DNA of 64,000 nucleotides, taken from positions 1 through 64,000 of the forward strand of contig CAXXET010000004.1 of the NCBI GenBank assembly GCA_963666115.2, given 5' to 3'. A program made the position numbers and the translations under genes. This document shows, in pieces, positions 19,850-28,221 of this stretch. The number at the start of each line of letters is the position of its first letter. The stretch's first letter is position 1. Source of the DNA: Dehalococcoidia bacterium (lineage in GTDB: Bacteria; Chloroflexota; Dehalococcoidia; UBA6926). Below the pieces are notes generated by a model. The model was given only the letters and a program-made list of their open reading frames with translations. It did no database searches and was not told where the DNA came from.

Positions 19850-20559
19850 GGCAGTCGTCCATGCGCCGCCCTCAACACGCCTCACCGCCCGGCTATTTTG
19901 GCCAGATACGGATACTGCTGGCCAAGGAAATCACCGTCGAGTTCCGGTCACGCGAGACCGCTATCCCCATGGCCGTCTTTGCCGCCGCCGCGCTCATCGC
20001 GTTCCAGTTCTCATTCGACCTGCGCGGCGGCACGCTCAACCTCGTTGCGCCCGGCGTCCTGTGGGTGGCAATCATCTTCGCCAGCCTGCTCGCGCTGGGC
20101 CGCTCCTTTGCGCGGGAGTCGGAGCGCGGCTCGCTGGACGGCCTGCTTGCGAGTCCTATCGATCCGGGAGCGCTCTACCTGGCCAAGGCGGCCGCCAACG
20201 TCATCCTGTTGGTGGCGCTGGAGGCCGTCATCATCCCGTTGGCCGCGATCCTCTTCAACCTGCAGTTATTCCAGCCGGCCCTGCTCCTGGCGCTGCTGCT
20301 GGGAAACATCGGAATCGCGAGCGTGGGGACGATACTGGCCGCGATCAGCGCGCGCGCCCGGGCCCGTGAGGCGCTGCTGCCCATCATGCTGCTGCCCCTG
20401 CTTGTGCCGGTGATCATCGGGGCCGTGCGCGCGACGGCGCTGGCCATCGACGGCGGGCCGTGGGACGACATCCAACCCTGGCTGGCCATCCTGGCGGCGT
20501 ACGACCTGGTCTTCCTGACCGTGTCCTCGCTCCTCTTCTATGTTACGGTTGAAAAATGA
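19846..20559 (+). CDS. ccmB: Heme exporter protein CcmB
   Basis: KE..VEFRSRE, APGVLWV, F.RE.E.GSLDGL and RE.LLP..LLPL..PV. Confidence 0.92.
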   Translation: MRQSSMRRPQHASPPGYFGQIRILLAKEITVEFRSRETAIPMAVFAAAALIAFQFSFDLRGGTLNLVAPGVLWVAIIFASLLALGRSFARESERGSLDGLLASPIDPGALYLAKAAANVILLVALEAVIIPLAAILFNLQLFQPALLLALLLGNIGIASVGTILAAISARARAREALLPIMLLPLLVPVIIGAVRATALAIDGGPWDDIQPWLAILAAYDLVFLTVSSLLFYVTVEK

Positions 20560-21257
20560 GCCTGACCGGTCGACGATTCACCGTTATGGACGCTGTTGGC
20601 ATAGCCGCTTTCGCCGCCATGCTCATTGCGCTGTACCTCGCCATCGTCGAGTCGCCGATCGAGCGCGTGCAGGGCATCCACCAGAAGATCTTCTACATCC
20701 ACGTGCCGACCGCGCTGGTGGGCTACATCGCCTTCGCCGTCGTCGCGTTCGCCAGCGTCATGTACGTCTGGAAGCGCGCGGAGCGGTGGGATCGGCTTGC
20801 CCTTGCGTCGGCGGAGCTGGGCGTCATCTTCACGACGCTCATGCTGGCGACGGGTTCGATCTGGGGGCGGCCCGTGTGGGGCGCGTGGTGGGACTGGTCG
20901 GACGCGCGGCTGGTCACGTCGCTGGTCATGTGGCTGGTCTACGTGGCCTACCTGATGTTCCGCTCGCTCGGCGAACGCGGCCCCGGCACATACCGCTCGG
21001 CGGCGGTCATTGGCATCCTGGGCTTCGTCAGCGTGCCCTTGTCATACTTCTCGATCTGGCTCTGGACCAACGTCCTCCATCCCGTCCCGACGCTGCAATC
21101 GTCGACGGACAGGCCGGAAGGCTCGATATTGATACCGTTCCTGTTCGGGATGCTGGCCTTTACCCTCCTCTACGCCTACCTGGTGTCATTCCGCATGAGG
21201 GTCGAGGAATCACAGCGCGAACTGGACGAACTACGCGCAGAGCGCGAAGCCGCATAG
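20556..21257 (+). CDS. ccmC: Heme exporter protein CcmC
   Basis: KIFYIHVP, TGSIWGRPVWGAWWDWSDARL (WWD domain) and LHP. Confidence 0.94.
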   Translation: MSLTGRRFTVMDAVGIAAFAAMLIALYLAIVESPIERVQGIHQKIFYIHVPTALVGYIAFAVVAFASVMYVWKRAERWDRLALASAELGVIFTTLMLATGSIWGRPVWGAWWDWSDARLVTSLVMWLVYVAYLMFRSLGERGPGTYRSAAVIGILGFVSVPLSYFSIWLWTNVLHPVPTLQSSTDRPEGSILIPFLFGMLAFTLLYAYLVSFRMRVEESQRELDELRAEREAA

Positions 21258-21273
21258 GGAGGTACTTGTAGAC

Positions 21274-21459
21274 GTGGAAAACGGTTTCGGCGATTTCAGC
21301 CCGATCTTTGTCTTTGTATCCTACGCCGCAGTGTGGGTAGTCTTCTTCGCCTACCTGTACTACGTGGCGCGCAGGCAGTCCGATATCCGCTCCCAGCTGG
21401 ACGCGCTGAAGGATTCGGAATCAAACACATCCGAACGCGGCGCAGAGGAAACGGAGTAG
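21274..21459 (+). CDS. ccmD: CcmD-like small membrane protein
   Basis: 61 aa with YAAVWVVFFAYL TM then a charged tail; GGAGG SD; follows ccmC. Confidence 0.8.
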   Translation: MENGFGDFSPIFVFVSYAAVWVVFFAYLYYVARRQSDIRSQLDALKDSESNTSERGAEETE

Positions 21460-21499
21460 CCTCGCGCAGGTGGGGGATACGCTGTCCACGTGAAACCCG

Positions 21500-21509
21500 T
21501 ACAATTGTA
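21500..21509 (+). promoter_or_regulatory. -10 box (TACAAT) embedded in the perfect palindrome TACAATTGTA; probable TA operator
   Basis: 10-bp palindrome just upstream of the antitoxin gene. Autorepression is inferred from general type II TA biology. Confidence 0.5.
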
Positions 21510-21523
21510 GTAAAGCACGCACG

Positions 21524-21766
21524 ATGGATGAGGGACGCACGATGGCTACGCGAGAAGAGTTGTCTTGCCAGGTTGAGCCGGAAGTGGCGGAGTCCGTCCG
21601 GCAGATCGCCCAATCGCAGGGGCGGCCGGTAAGCGACGTGGTGGAGGAGGCCGTCACCGCGTTTGTGGACGGTCGCCCGCGCCACGCGCCGGATGATGTG
21701 GTGATGGCGCACTACCGGGATAGCCTGAAAAAGAACCGTCGACTCGCGGAACTGCTGGCCGAATGA
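21524..21766 (+). CDS. Antitoxin (ribbon-helix-helix-like) partner of Doc
   Basis: 80 aa with V...VRQIAQSQGRPVSDVVEEAV and C-terminal L.ELLAE; ATGA overlap with the doc gene. Likely start 21542. Confidence 0.75.
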   Translation: MDEGRTMATREELSCQVEPEVAESVRQIAQSQGRPVSDVVEEAVTAFVDGRPRHAPDDVVMAHYRDSLKKNRRLAELLAE

Positions 21767-22149
21767 GTCGACTGTATTTGACGGTCGAGCAAGCGCTAGC
21801 CATTCACGACGATCAGATTGCCGAGATCGGCGGGGAATCCGGCCTGCTGAATCCCGACGCGCTGGAGTCGGCGCTCTACCGCCCTCAGATTGGGTACTAC
21901 GACGACCTGCTGGATGAGGCGGCGGCGCTCATGGAGAGCTTGGCGATGAACCATCCATTTGTGGACGGCAACAAGCGCGTCGCGTTCTTCGGCACTGATG
22001 CCTTTCTGCGTATGAACGGCAGCTTCATCGATGCCGACAACGAGGAGGCCCACGCCTTCTTTATGCACCTGTTTGAGACTGGCACGTTCCGCTTCCGAGA
22101 ACTCCGCGCCTGGTTGGGAGAGCACGCGGTTCCGATGCCTGAGGGGTGA
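21763..22149 (+). CDS. doc: Death-on-curing (Doc/Fic) toxin
   Basis: YLTVEQALAIH, LESALYRP and the catalytic motif HPFVDGNKR. Confidence 0.92.
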   Translation: MSRLYLTVEQALAIHDDQIAEIGGESGLLNPDALESALYRPQIGYYDDLLDEAAALMESLAMNHPFVDGNKRVAFFGTDAFLRMNGSFIDADNEEAHAFFMHLFETGTFRFRELRAWLGEHAVPMPEG

Positions 22150-22168
22150 GGGAGAACGGGGCGCGGCA

Positions 22169-22195
22169 GTCATTTCCGTGCACGCGGGAATCCAG
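22169..22195 (+). repeat. Palindromic repeat family A copy
   Basis: GTCATTTCCGTGCACGCGGGAATCCAG downstream of doc. Confidence 0.7.
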
Positions 22196-22223
22196 CGGGG
22201 AGGCGAACTAATCGCGTCTCTGT

Positions 22224-22253
22224 TTGACACTAATAGCACCTTAGAGGTATGTT
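22224..22253 (+). promoter_or_regulatory. Putative sigma70-type promoter
   Basis: TTGACA (22224-22229), 18-nt spacer, TATGTT (22248-22253). The predicted TSS (~22259) coincides with the 5' arm of the closing stem. Confidence 0.5.
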
Positions 22254-22258
22254 TCAAA

Positions 22259-22401
22259 AAAGCAGAGGCCTCCAAGCTTGCGCTTGGAGGCTTCCAGCAA
22301 GACGAACTGATCCAACGTCGATGCGGGTCAGTCTACTGAGCATGAGTAACTCCCGTCGAGGGGTGGCCTCGCTGGAAGTGCTTGGCGAGATTCTCTGCTT
22401 T
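22259..22401 (+). ncRNA. Candidate structured RNA of unknown family
   Basis: Nested pairings: 22259-67/22393-401 (9 bp), 22268-77/22282-91 (10 bp), 22291-98/22371-78 (8 bp), 22306-13/22325-32 (8 bp, 1 G-U), 22349-53/22360-64 (5 bp). Confidence 0.5.
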
Positions 22402-22426
22402 ACTCGCGGAGGAGGTGATGCCATTC

Positions 22427-22474
22427 ATGAAGCAAGAGCAAGACGCCGCTGCCGCTGAGCAACGTGAATTTTGA
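22427..22474 (+). CDS. Putative 15-aa peptide MKQEQDAAAAEQREF
   Basis: Preceded by the extended SD AGGAGGTGAT (22410-22419). An in-frame ATG is also present at 22418. Confidence 0.3.
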   Translation: MKQEQDAAAAEQREF

Positions 22475-22477
22475 CTA

Positions 22478-22525
22478 GGGGGCAGTCTCCTTTACCGGCC
22501 CCATGTGAGGTGCGAGACTGCCCCC
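22478..22525 (+). other. 12-bp perfect stem-loop between the two small ORFs
   Basis: GGGGGCAGTCTC (22478-89) pairs with GAGACTGCCCCC (22514-25); no U-tract follows. Confidence 0.65.
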
Positions 22526-22556
22526 ATGTCTTGTGGCGGACTGAAAGGAGAACAGC

Positions 22557-22685
22557 ATGGCTTTCCCAATCGACGCAAATCGGGAACAACTCGCAGAGCT
22601 TCAAGCAATCAGAGAAGAGCTTGAGAAGCTCGTGGAGTTGATGAAAAGAGCGGTGGAGACACTAGATGCAATTGCCGCCAACTGA
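22557..22685 (+). CDS. Putative 42-aa amphipathic helical protein
   Basis: GAAAGGAG SD, 6-nt spacer, ATG; MAFPIDANREQLAELQAIREELEKLVELMKRAVETLDAIAAN with heptad-like periodicity. Confidence 0.55.
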   Translation: MAFPIDANREQLAELQAIREELEKLVELMKRAVETLDAIAAN

Positions 22686-22879
22686 TTCACACGGACGCGG
22701 TAAACTAGTCTCTCTGTCGCATTCGCCATAAGCCCCAATTCTTTCGGGCCGTTGAAACGCTCGCCTTAATATGGCCATTTCGGACTTCACTAAACTGTCA
22801 ATGGCACCATATGGTCATCGGCTGTCATGGCTCAACTCCTTGTCGTACGTCCACCATAGCATGTTTGCAGGTACAGCCC

Positions 22880-24004
22880 CTACTCATCACACCAGAGCGG
22901 TTCACCATCGCTATCTTCGTTCCCCTCCGGAACTCTGATAGACCCACGTTCCTCCAGATGGCGGAGGCCGGCAGGAATACAGCCGGTCAGTTCATTCCCC
23001 CTCAGAGCTAAGGTGTAAAGGAACTCCAAATCGCCTAACTCTGCGGGGATGCCCCCGGTCAACTTGTTGTCGCTGAGACCCAAGTGTTCCAAGTGCATTA
23101 AGTTACCTAGCTCACGGGGTATCACGCCAGCAAGTCCATTCCCACCAAGATTTAGATCGTCCAGGTTTGCCATGTTGCCTAGCTCGGGTGGAATGTTGCC
23201 AGTTAGTCTGTTCCCGGGGAGGTTAAGCCTCTGGAGGTTAACCAGCTTGCCGAGACTGGATGGTATGCTCCCCGAAAGCTCATTGCCAGGCATATCCAAG
23301 GAGATAAGGTTCGTCAGATTGCCGAACGATTCCGGTATAGGGCCCGATATACGGTTGTCCCAGATCTCCAGAACTTCGAGCCTCGTAAGGTGCCCAAGCT
23401 CTTGAGGTAAGGAACCGCTCAAACGATTGTAAGCGAGATGCACGTAGTCCAGAAACTCCAGCATCCCCAATTCCGGTGGCAGCTCTCCAGTGAGTCTATT
23501 GCCTTGGAGTCGTATGCCTGTAACCCGCCCTCGGTCAGTCCTTACTCCGTACCATTCACGCAGCGGCTCATCGCTCAGCCAGTTTTCATTGTTCTTCCAG
23601 TTGTCGCCGTCTGTGGCGTTGTAGAGGGCGATGAGGGCCTGGCGATCATTCTCAGGGCCGGGGTCTGGAGTGGGCTCCGGTGTTGGCGGGGGAACGGGTG
23701 TCGGCTCTTCAGTGGGTGGTGGAGCAACCGTTGGCGCGGGTGTCGCTGTTGCGCGGGGCGCAGTGGAAGGCGTCGGGGCAGCACCCGCGAGTTGTTCTGC
23801 GACGATGGTGGCCGCCAGCGTCTCGGCGGTGGCGTGGATATCGGGGGCTGGGGTGGGGCTTATGGATGGGGTCGGGGTAGGGGCATCGATGGCGGAGGCG
23901 GGGCTATCGGAGGGCGGCTGGTCTTGTTGGGGTGATTCGACGGGGGTGCAGGCGACGAGGGCCAGGGCGGCGAGGGCGAGGATGGCGACATGGAGGCGAG
24001 TCAT
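22880..24004 (-). CDS. Leucine-rich repeat lipoprotein (plant-type 24-aa LRRs)
   Basis: LVAC lipobox, Pro/Thr linker, DRQALIALYNATDGDNW...WYGV cap, and about eight L.L.GN.LTG.IP.ELG repeats. Confidence 0.9.
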   Translation of the reverse strand: MTRLHVAILALAALALVACTPVESPQQDQPPSDSPASAIDAPTPTPSISPTPAPDIHATAETLAATIVAEQLAGAAPTPSTAPRATATPAPTVAPPPTEEPTPVPPPTPEPTPDPGPENDRQALIALYNATDGDNWKNNENWLSDEPLREWYGVRTDRGRVTGIRLQGNRLTGELPPELGMLEFLDYVHLAYNRLSGSLPQELGHLTRLEVLEIWDNRISGPIPESFGNLTNLISLDMPGNELSGSIPSSLGKLVNLQRLNLPGNRLTGNIPPELGNMANLDDLNLGGNGLAGVIPRELGNLMHLEHLGLSDNKLTGGIPAELGDLEFLYTLALRGNELTGCIPAGLRHLEERGSIRVPEGNEDSDGEPLWCDE

Positions 24005-24027
24005 GTTTCAAGGATAGCGGATTTTGC

Positions 24028-24062
24028 CCCTCACCCGAACCCTCTCCCAGAGGGAGAGGGGA
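24028..24062 (+). repeat. Palindromic repeat family B copy
   Basis: CCCTCACCCGAACCCTCTCCCAGAGGGAGAGGGGA, 34/35 identical to 13156-13190. Confidence 0.8.
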
Positions 24063-24087
24063 TTCTTGCGGCGGTTAGATGGTTTGG

Positions 24088-25965
24088 TCAAGCGTTGATG
24101 AACTGGTCTAGCATTATGGTTAGGAAAAGCAAGGCCAGGTAGAGGATGGAGTACTTGTAGAGGCGGAGGGCGGCGGCGCGGTCCTTTTCCCTCAGCAGGC
24201 GGTAGGCGTAGTAGGTGAACATTCCGCCCAGGGCGATTGCGCCCGCAAGGTAGACGGCGCTGAGGCTCATCGTCGAGATGTAGAGCAGCAGGGCGAGGAT
24301 ATTCACCAGGATGGTGTAGAGGAAGATGCTGATTCGCGTGCTCTCTTCGCCGAGGACGACCGGCATCATCGGCACGCTGGCCCGCTCATAGTCGTCCTTG
24401 ATCATCAGGGAAAGCGCCCAGAAGTGCGGCGGCGTCCAGAAGAAGATGATCAGGAACAGGTACACGGCGGGCAGGCCCAACTCGCCCGTCACGGCGGCCC
24501 ACCCCACCATCGGCGGCACCGCGCCCGCCGCGCCGCCGATGACGATGTTCTGCACCGTGGTCTGCTTGAGCCACAGCGTGTAGACGAAGACGTAGAAGAG
24601 GGCGCCGCACAGGGTGATGGACGCGGCGAGCACGTTCGCGCCGCCCGCCAGCACGGCAAAGGCCAGCGCGTTGAGAGCGATGCCGTAGCCAATCGCCATG
24701 CGGGGGGTGACGCGGCCGCTCGCGACCGGACGGTGGCGCGTTCGCATCATTGCGGAGTCGATGTTGCCCTCGAGGCCGTGGTTGATGGCCCCCGCGCCGC
24801 CGGATGCCAACGCGCCGCCGAGCAGGACCGCCGCGGCGACGGTCAGCGGCGGCAGTCCCTGTGCCGCCAGCACCATGCCGCCGAACGCGGTCAGCAGGAG
24901 CAGCACCATGACGCGTGGCTTGGTGAGCCAGAAGTAGTCGGATGCGGTGGCCCATAACGTCGTGCGGTGCATGGTGTCGGAGGCGCCGGCGGGGGTGGGG
25001 AGAGAGGGGTTTGCACGTGCGCGGGCGGCCAGGATGACTAGGAGGACAGCGGCGGCCCAGGTTAGGGAGGCGAGGGTGATGTGGGCGACGCGGGCGGCGT
25101 GGTGGAACTCCGTCCACGGCACGAGCGCGCCGACGATGATCTGGACGATGAGGAGGTGGAAGGTCGCCTGCCCCACCCGGCTGACCATGCGGTCGTTCGC
25201 TTTCTGCCGCCACGCGAGATACGCAACGAAGCCCGTCACGAGCGTTCCAATAACGACCATCCAGCGATGCCCCATGTGGATATTCGGGTCGAATCCGCTC
25301 GGCATGATCGCGCCATCGCACAGCGGCCACGCGGAGAACCCGCTGCCGCACGCAAGCGTCGCCTCCTCGGCAACGACGTATGAGCCGGAGAGGATCATCA
25401 CCAGCGTCAGCACGGCGGCGGCGACAGCCCAGATGTAGAGTTTGCGGGCATCCGGGTAGGGTATGCCCTGCCCCTCTGCCGGAGGCGATTCGCGCGGCGC
25501 GGCGGCCATCATCGTCACAATGAGCAGCGCGAGAATGGCCTCGGCAAGGAAGAGGTGGAGCGTGACGATTGGCGGGGGCAGCTCCGTTATGACGGCCACG
25601 CCGCCCAGCCCCGCCTGCGTCAGCATGACGATGAGCGTGATCGCGGCGGGAACGAGCGCGCGGCGTGTCGGTTCCTCTCCGGCGCGTGACGCGAGAAAGG
25701 CGACGACGAACATCGCGGCCACCAGCAGCCCGACGATGGCGGCGGTCAGCCGGTGGGAGTACTCGATGAGGACGTGGTATTCGAACGGGGGGATGATGCT
25801 GCCGTGGCAGAGCGGCCAGTCCGGGCAGGCCAGGCCGGAGCCGGTGACGCGCACGAAGCTGCCAAGGCTGATTAAAAAGACGGTCACTATCGCCGCCGCA
25901 AGCGCAAGCCCCAACAAGGCCTTGCGGTAACGCAGGTCGGCAGCGGCAGGCGTGTTGGACATCAC
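24088..25965 (-). CDS. Fused heme A synthase (CtaA/COX15) and heme O synthase (CtaB/CyoE)
   Basis: N-terminal half: GSGLACPDWPLCHG, EYSHR, H.GHR. C-terminal half: LTKPRV, D..M.RT..RP, QNIVIGGAAGA.PP, WTPPHFWAL, DDY. Confidence 0.92.
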   Translation of the reverse strand: MMSNTPAAADLRYRKALLGLALAAAIVTVFLISLGSFVRVTGSGLACPDWPLCHGSIIPPFEYHVLIEYSHRLTAAIVGLLVAAMFVVAFLASRAGEEPTRRALVPAAITLIVMLTQAGLGGVAVITELPPPIVTLHLFLAEAILALLIVTMMAAAPRESPPAEGQGIPYPDARKLYIWAVAAAVLTLVMILSGSYVVAEEATLACGSGFSAWPLCDGAIMPSGFDPNIHMGHRWMVVIGTLVTGFVAYLAWRQKANDRMVSRVGQATFHLLIVQIIVGALVPWTEFHHAARVAHITLASLTWAAAVLLVILAARARANPSLPTPAGASDTMHRTTLWATASDYFWLTKPRVMVLLLLTAFGGMVLAAQGLPPLTVAAAVLLGGALASGGAGAINHGLEGNIDSAMMRTRHRPVASGRVTPRMAIGYGIALNALAFAVLAGGANVLAASITLCGALFYVFVYTLWLKQTTVQNIVIGGAAGAVPPMVGWAAVTGELGLPAVYLFLIIFFWTPPHFWALSLMIKDDYERASVPMMPVVLGEESTRISIFLYTILVNILALLLYISTMSLSAVYLAGAIALGGMFTYYAYRLLREKDRAAALRLYKYSILYLALLFLTIMLDQFINA

Positions 25966-26852
25966 GTTGTCGCCGACCTCTGCGGGGCGTGATTGGGCGG
26001 GTTGTTGTAGAGCGCGGCGCGCGAACGGCGCGTGTCCTCCTCATCACGGCGCACCGCGACAATGAACAGGCCGGCAATCGCCAGGAAATACGGCGCGATG
26101 CCGCCAACCCACATGATGAGCCCGCCGATCTGCTGGTCGGTCATCGCGTCGATGCCCCACAGCGGTTCCTGCCCGATGTACGGCGCATACCAGGGAGTCG
26201 CGGCGAATGTGAGCATGGCGGCCAACGGGAACGTCAGCGACAGCGCCATGACCACGATGACGAGCCTGCCCAGGTACGGCACCTTGCCCTGGATGGGCGT
26301 CGGATCGATGATTGCCCACCAGAAGAGCGTGGCGGCGGTGATGAAGCTGGCGTGTTGCGCGATGTGGACGAAATCGTTGGTGACGGCGGCGGCGTAGGCC
26401 CCCGGAACATGCCACGCCCAGATGGTTGCCACGAAGGCGGCCAGGCAGACGAGCGGGTGGATGAGAATGTGAAAGAGGTAGCGAACCTGGGGCGCGCGGG
26501 CCAGTTTGATGACGGTCAGCCGGCGGATGCCGTAGCCCATGCCGCGCGCAACGGGGAGGACGGGCGCGCCAAGCAGAATCAGCGGCACGGCGACGTGCGT
26601 CAGGAGCATGTGCTGGGCCATGTGAAAGGCGAAGAGGCGCCCGCCGAGCGTGTCAATCGGCGAGATAAGCGCAAGGAGCAGCAGCAGCAGTCCGGCGGCA
26701 AACGAGGCGGCGCGCCAGTTGGTGACCACGCGAACCTTGAGCGGATTCAGCCCGCGCAACCCCCTCGCGTAGGCGAGACCGAGCAGGCCGACGAAGAAGA
26801 GCGTCAGCGGCTCCCACGACCACGCAAGCAGGATGTTGTCAGCGTCGTTCAT
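25962..26852 (-). CDS. ctaG: caa3-type oxidase assembly factor CtaG
   Basis: SPID, HMAQHMLL..VA.PL, WHVP and DQQIGGLIMWV. Confidence 0.9.
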   Translation of the reverse strand: MNDADNILLAWSWEPLTLFFVGLLGLAYARGLRGLNPLKVRVVTNWRAASFAAGLLLLLLALISPIDTLGGRLFAFHMAQHMLLTHVAVPLILLGAPVLPVARGMGYGIRRLTVIKLARAPQVRYLFHILIHPLVCLAAFVATIWAWHVPGAYAAAVTNDFVHIAQHASFITAATLFWWAIIDPTPIQGKVPYLGRLVIVVMALSLTFPLAAMLTFAATPWYAPYIGQEPLWGIDAMTDQQIGGLIMWVGGIAPYFLAIAGLFIVAVRRDEEDTRRSRAALYNNPPNHAPQRSATT

Positions 26853-26881
26853 GCCGCAATCCGCGCCGGGGCGGCATCGGG

Positions 26882-27178
26882 CTAATGAGAGTCGCGGCTC
26901 TCGTTGCTATCGTCGTCCGGCGCAAGCCACGCAGCGGCAACGGCGAAGCCAATGAGGAAGATGAGGGACAGCCCCAGCGCCACAAGCACCTGTGGATAGA
27001 CGTGCTCGCCGCCAACGTTGAAGTACTCGTGGCCGAACAGCAGGAGGAACTCGCCGATGCCGACGATGAGCGCGACGGTGATGACCAGGCAGATGACCGG
27101 CAACAGGATGGGGATCACCAGCCTGTCCTTGACGTTGCCGGTTGCGCCGCGGTCGTTATGCTCGTCGTGATGCGCCAT
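26882..27178 (-). CDS. Small 2-TM protein in the cta operon
   Basis: 98 aa with two hydrophobic segments and a GGAG SD; between subunit IV and ctaG. Confidence 0.65.
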   Translation of the reverse strand: MAHHDEHNDRGATGNVKDRLVIPILLPVICLVITVALIVGIGEFLLLFGHEYFNVGGEHVYPQVLVALGLSLIFLIGFAVAAAWLAPDDDSNESRDSH

Positions 27179-27207
27179 TATCGCTCCGCTATTCGTTCGT
27201 TTATCGC

Positions 27208-27540
27208 CTAGTGCCCGACCGTTCCGCCCGGCAGTGTGAAGTTCTCAAAGAGCGCCACCAGCGCCAACAGGACGGCAATGGCGAGGAAGAGTCCGCCCAG
27301 GAAGAGCGCCTGGTAGAGGCGGTCGTCGAACTTGAGGTGCATGAACCAGCCGACGACGTAGGCGAACTTGACGGCGGAGAGGACCAGGAGCGAGGGGATG
27401 AGGATGAGATTGCCGACGTCAACGATGACAATGGCCACCTCGATGATCGTGATGACGCAGAGGATGATCGCGACTTTGACGTAGGTTCGGGGAGTGGGAT
27501 GCTCCTCTCCCGCGTGCGTCTGTTCCTCTATGCTCGCCAT
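27208..27540 (-). CDS. ctaF: Cytochrome c oxidase subunit IV
   Basis: Y.KVAIIL..IT..EV and KF..VVGWFMHLKFD. Confidence 0.88.
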   Translation of the reverse strand: MASIEEQTHAGEEHPTPRTYVKVAIILCVITIIEVAIVIVDVGNLILIPSLLVLSAVKFAYVVGWFMHLKFDDRLYQALFLGGLFLAIAVLLALVALFENFTLPGGTVGH

Positions 27541-27568
27541 TGCGCCTTCCTCGCTTCTCTGCCTTTGC

Positions 27569-28183
27569 CTATACCGACGGTCCGGACGGGATGAGATACA
27601 CCACCGTAAAGATCACAATCCAGACAATATCGACGAAGTGCCAGTAGAGTCCCACGAGTTCCACGGTGAGATGGTGCTGCGGTTGGAGCCGCCCCATCAT
27701 GGACGCGCCCACGAGGGTTAGCAACATGAACACGCCGATGGCGACGTGCGTTCCGTGGAATCCCGTCAAGACGAAGAAGCTGGTGCCAAAGACGCTCGTG
27801 GTAAGCGTCAGGCCGTGTACTTCAACGAACGTCGTGAACTCGTAGTACTGGCCGCCAAGGAACACCGCGCCGAGCAGCGCCGTGGCCAGCAGCCAGATGC
27901 GCGCCTGCCGCGAGTTGCCACGCTGGAGTGCGGCGAGCGCCAACACCATTGTCAGGGAGCTCATCAGCAAGACGAACGCGCTGACGGACGTGTACGGGAT
28001 GTCAAATATCTCCGGCCCGGGGCCGGTCGGCACGTTGCTCCGGTACACCATGTAGGTGGAGATCAGCGCGCCGAAGAAGAGACAGTCGGACGCCAGGAAG
28101 ACCCACATGAGGATCTTCCGGTGGTCGAGGCCCGTCGTCGTGTAGTGGGCCTCAGACTGTCCCATTGCCGCGTCGTGTGCCAC
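27569..28183 (-). CDS. ctaE: Cytochrome c oxidase subunit III
   Basis: MWVFLASD, LTGFHGTHV and GLYWHFVD.VW. Confidence 0.94.
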   Translation of the reverse strand: MAHDAAMGQSEAHYTTTGLDHRKILMWVFLASDCLFFGALISTYMVYRSNVPTGPGPEIFDIPYTSVSAFVLLMSSLTMVLALAALQRGNSRQARIWLLATALLGAVFLGGQYYEFTTFVEVHGLTLTTSVFGTSFFVLTGFHGTHVAIGVFMLLTLVGASMMGRLQPQHHLTVELVGLYWHFVDIVWIVIFTVVYLIPSGPSV

Positions 28184-28221
28184 GTGCGATGTCCTTTAGC
28201 GTCTCTCGTTCAGTCTCGTTG

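Noticed and set aside
22259-22401. Retron msr-msd or hammerhead ribozyme interpretation
   Set aside because: No reverse transcriptase is in the window, and the CUGAUGA/GAAA core is absent.
22790-22841. 12-aa minus-strand ORF (MTADDHMVPLTV) with AAGGAG SD
   Set aside because: Too short and has no other support; may be chance or a gene remnant.
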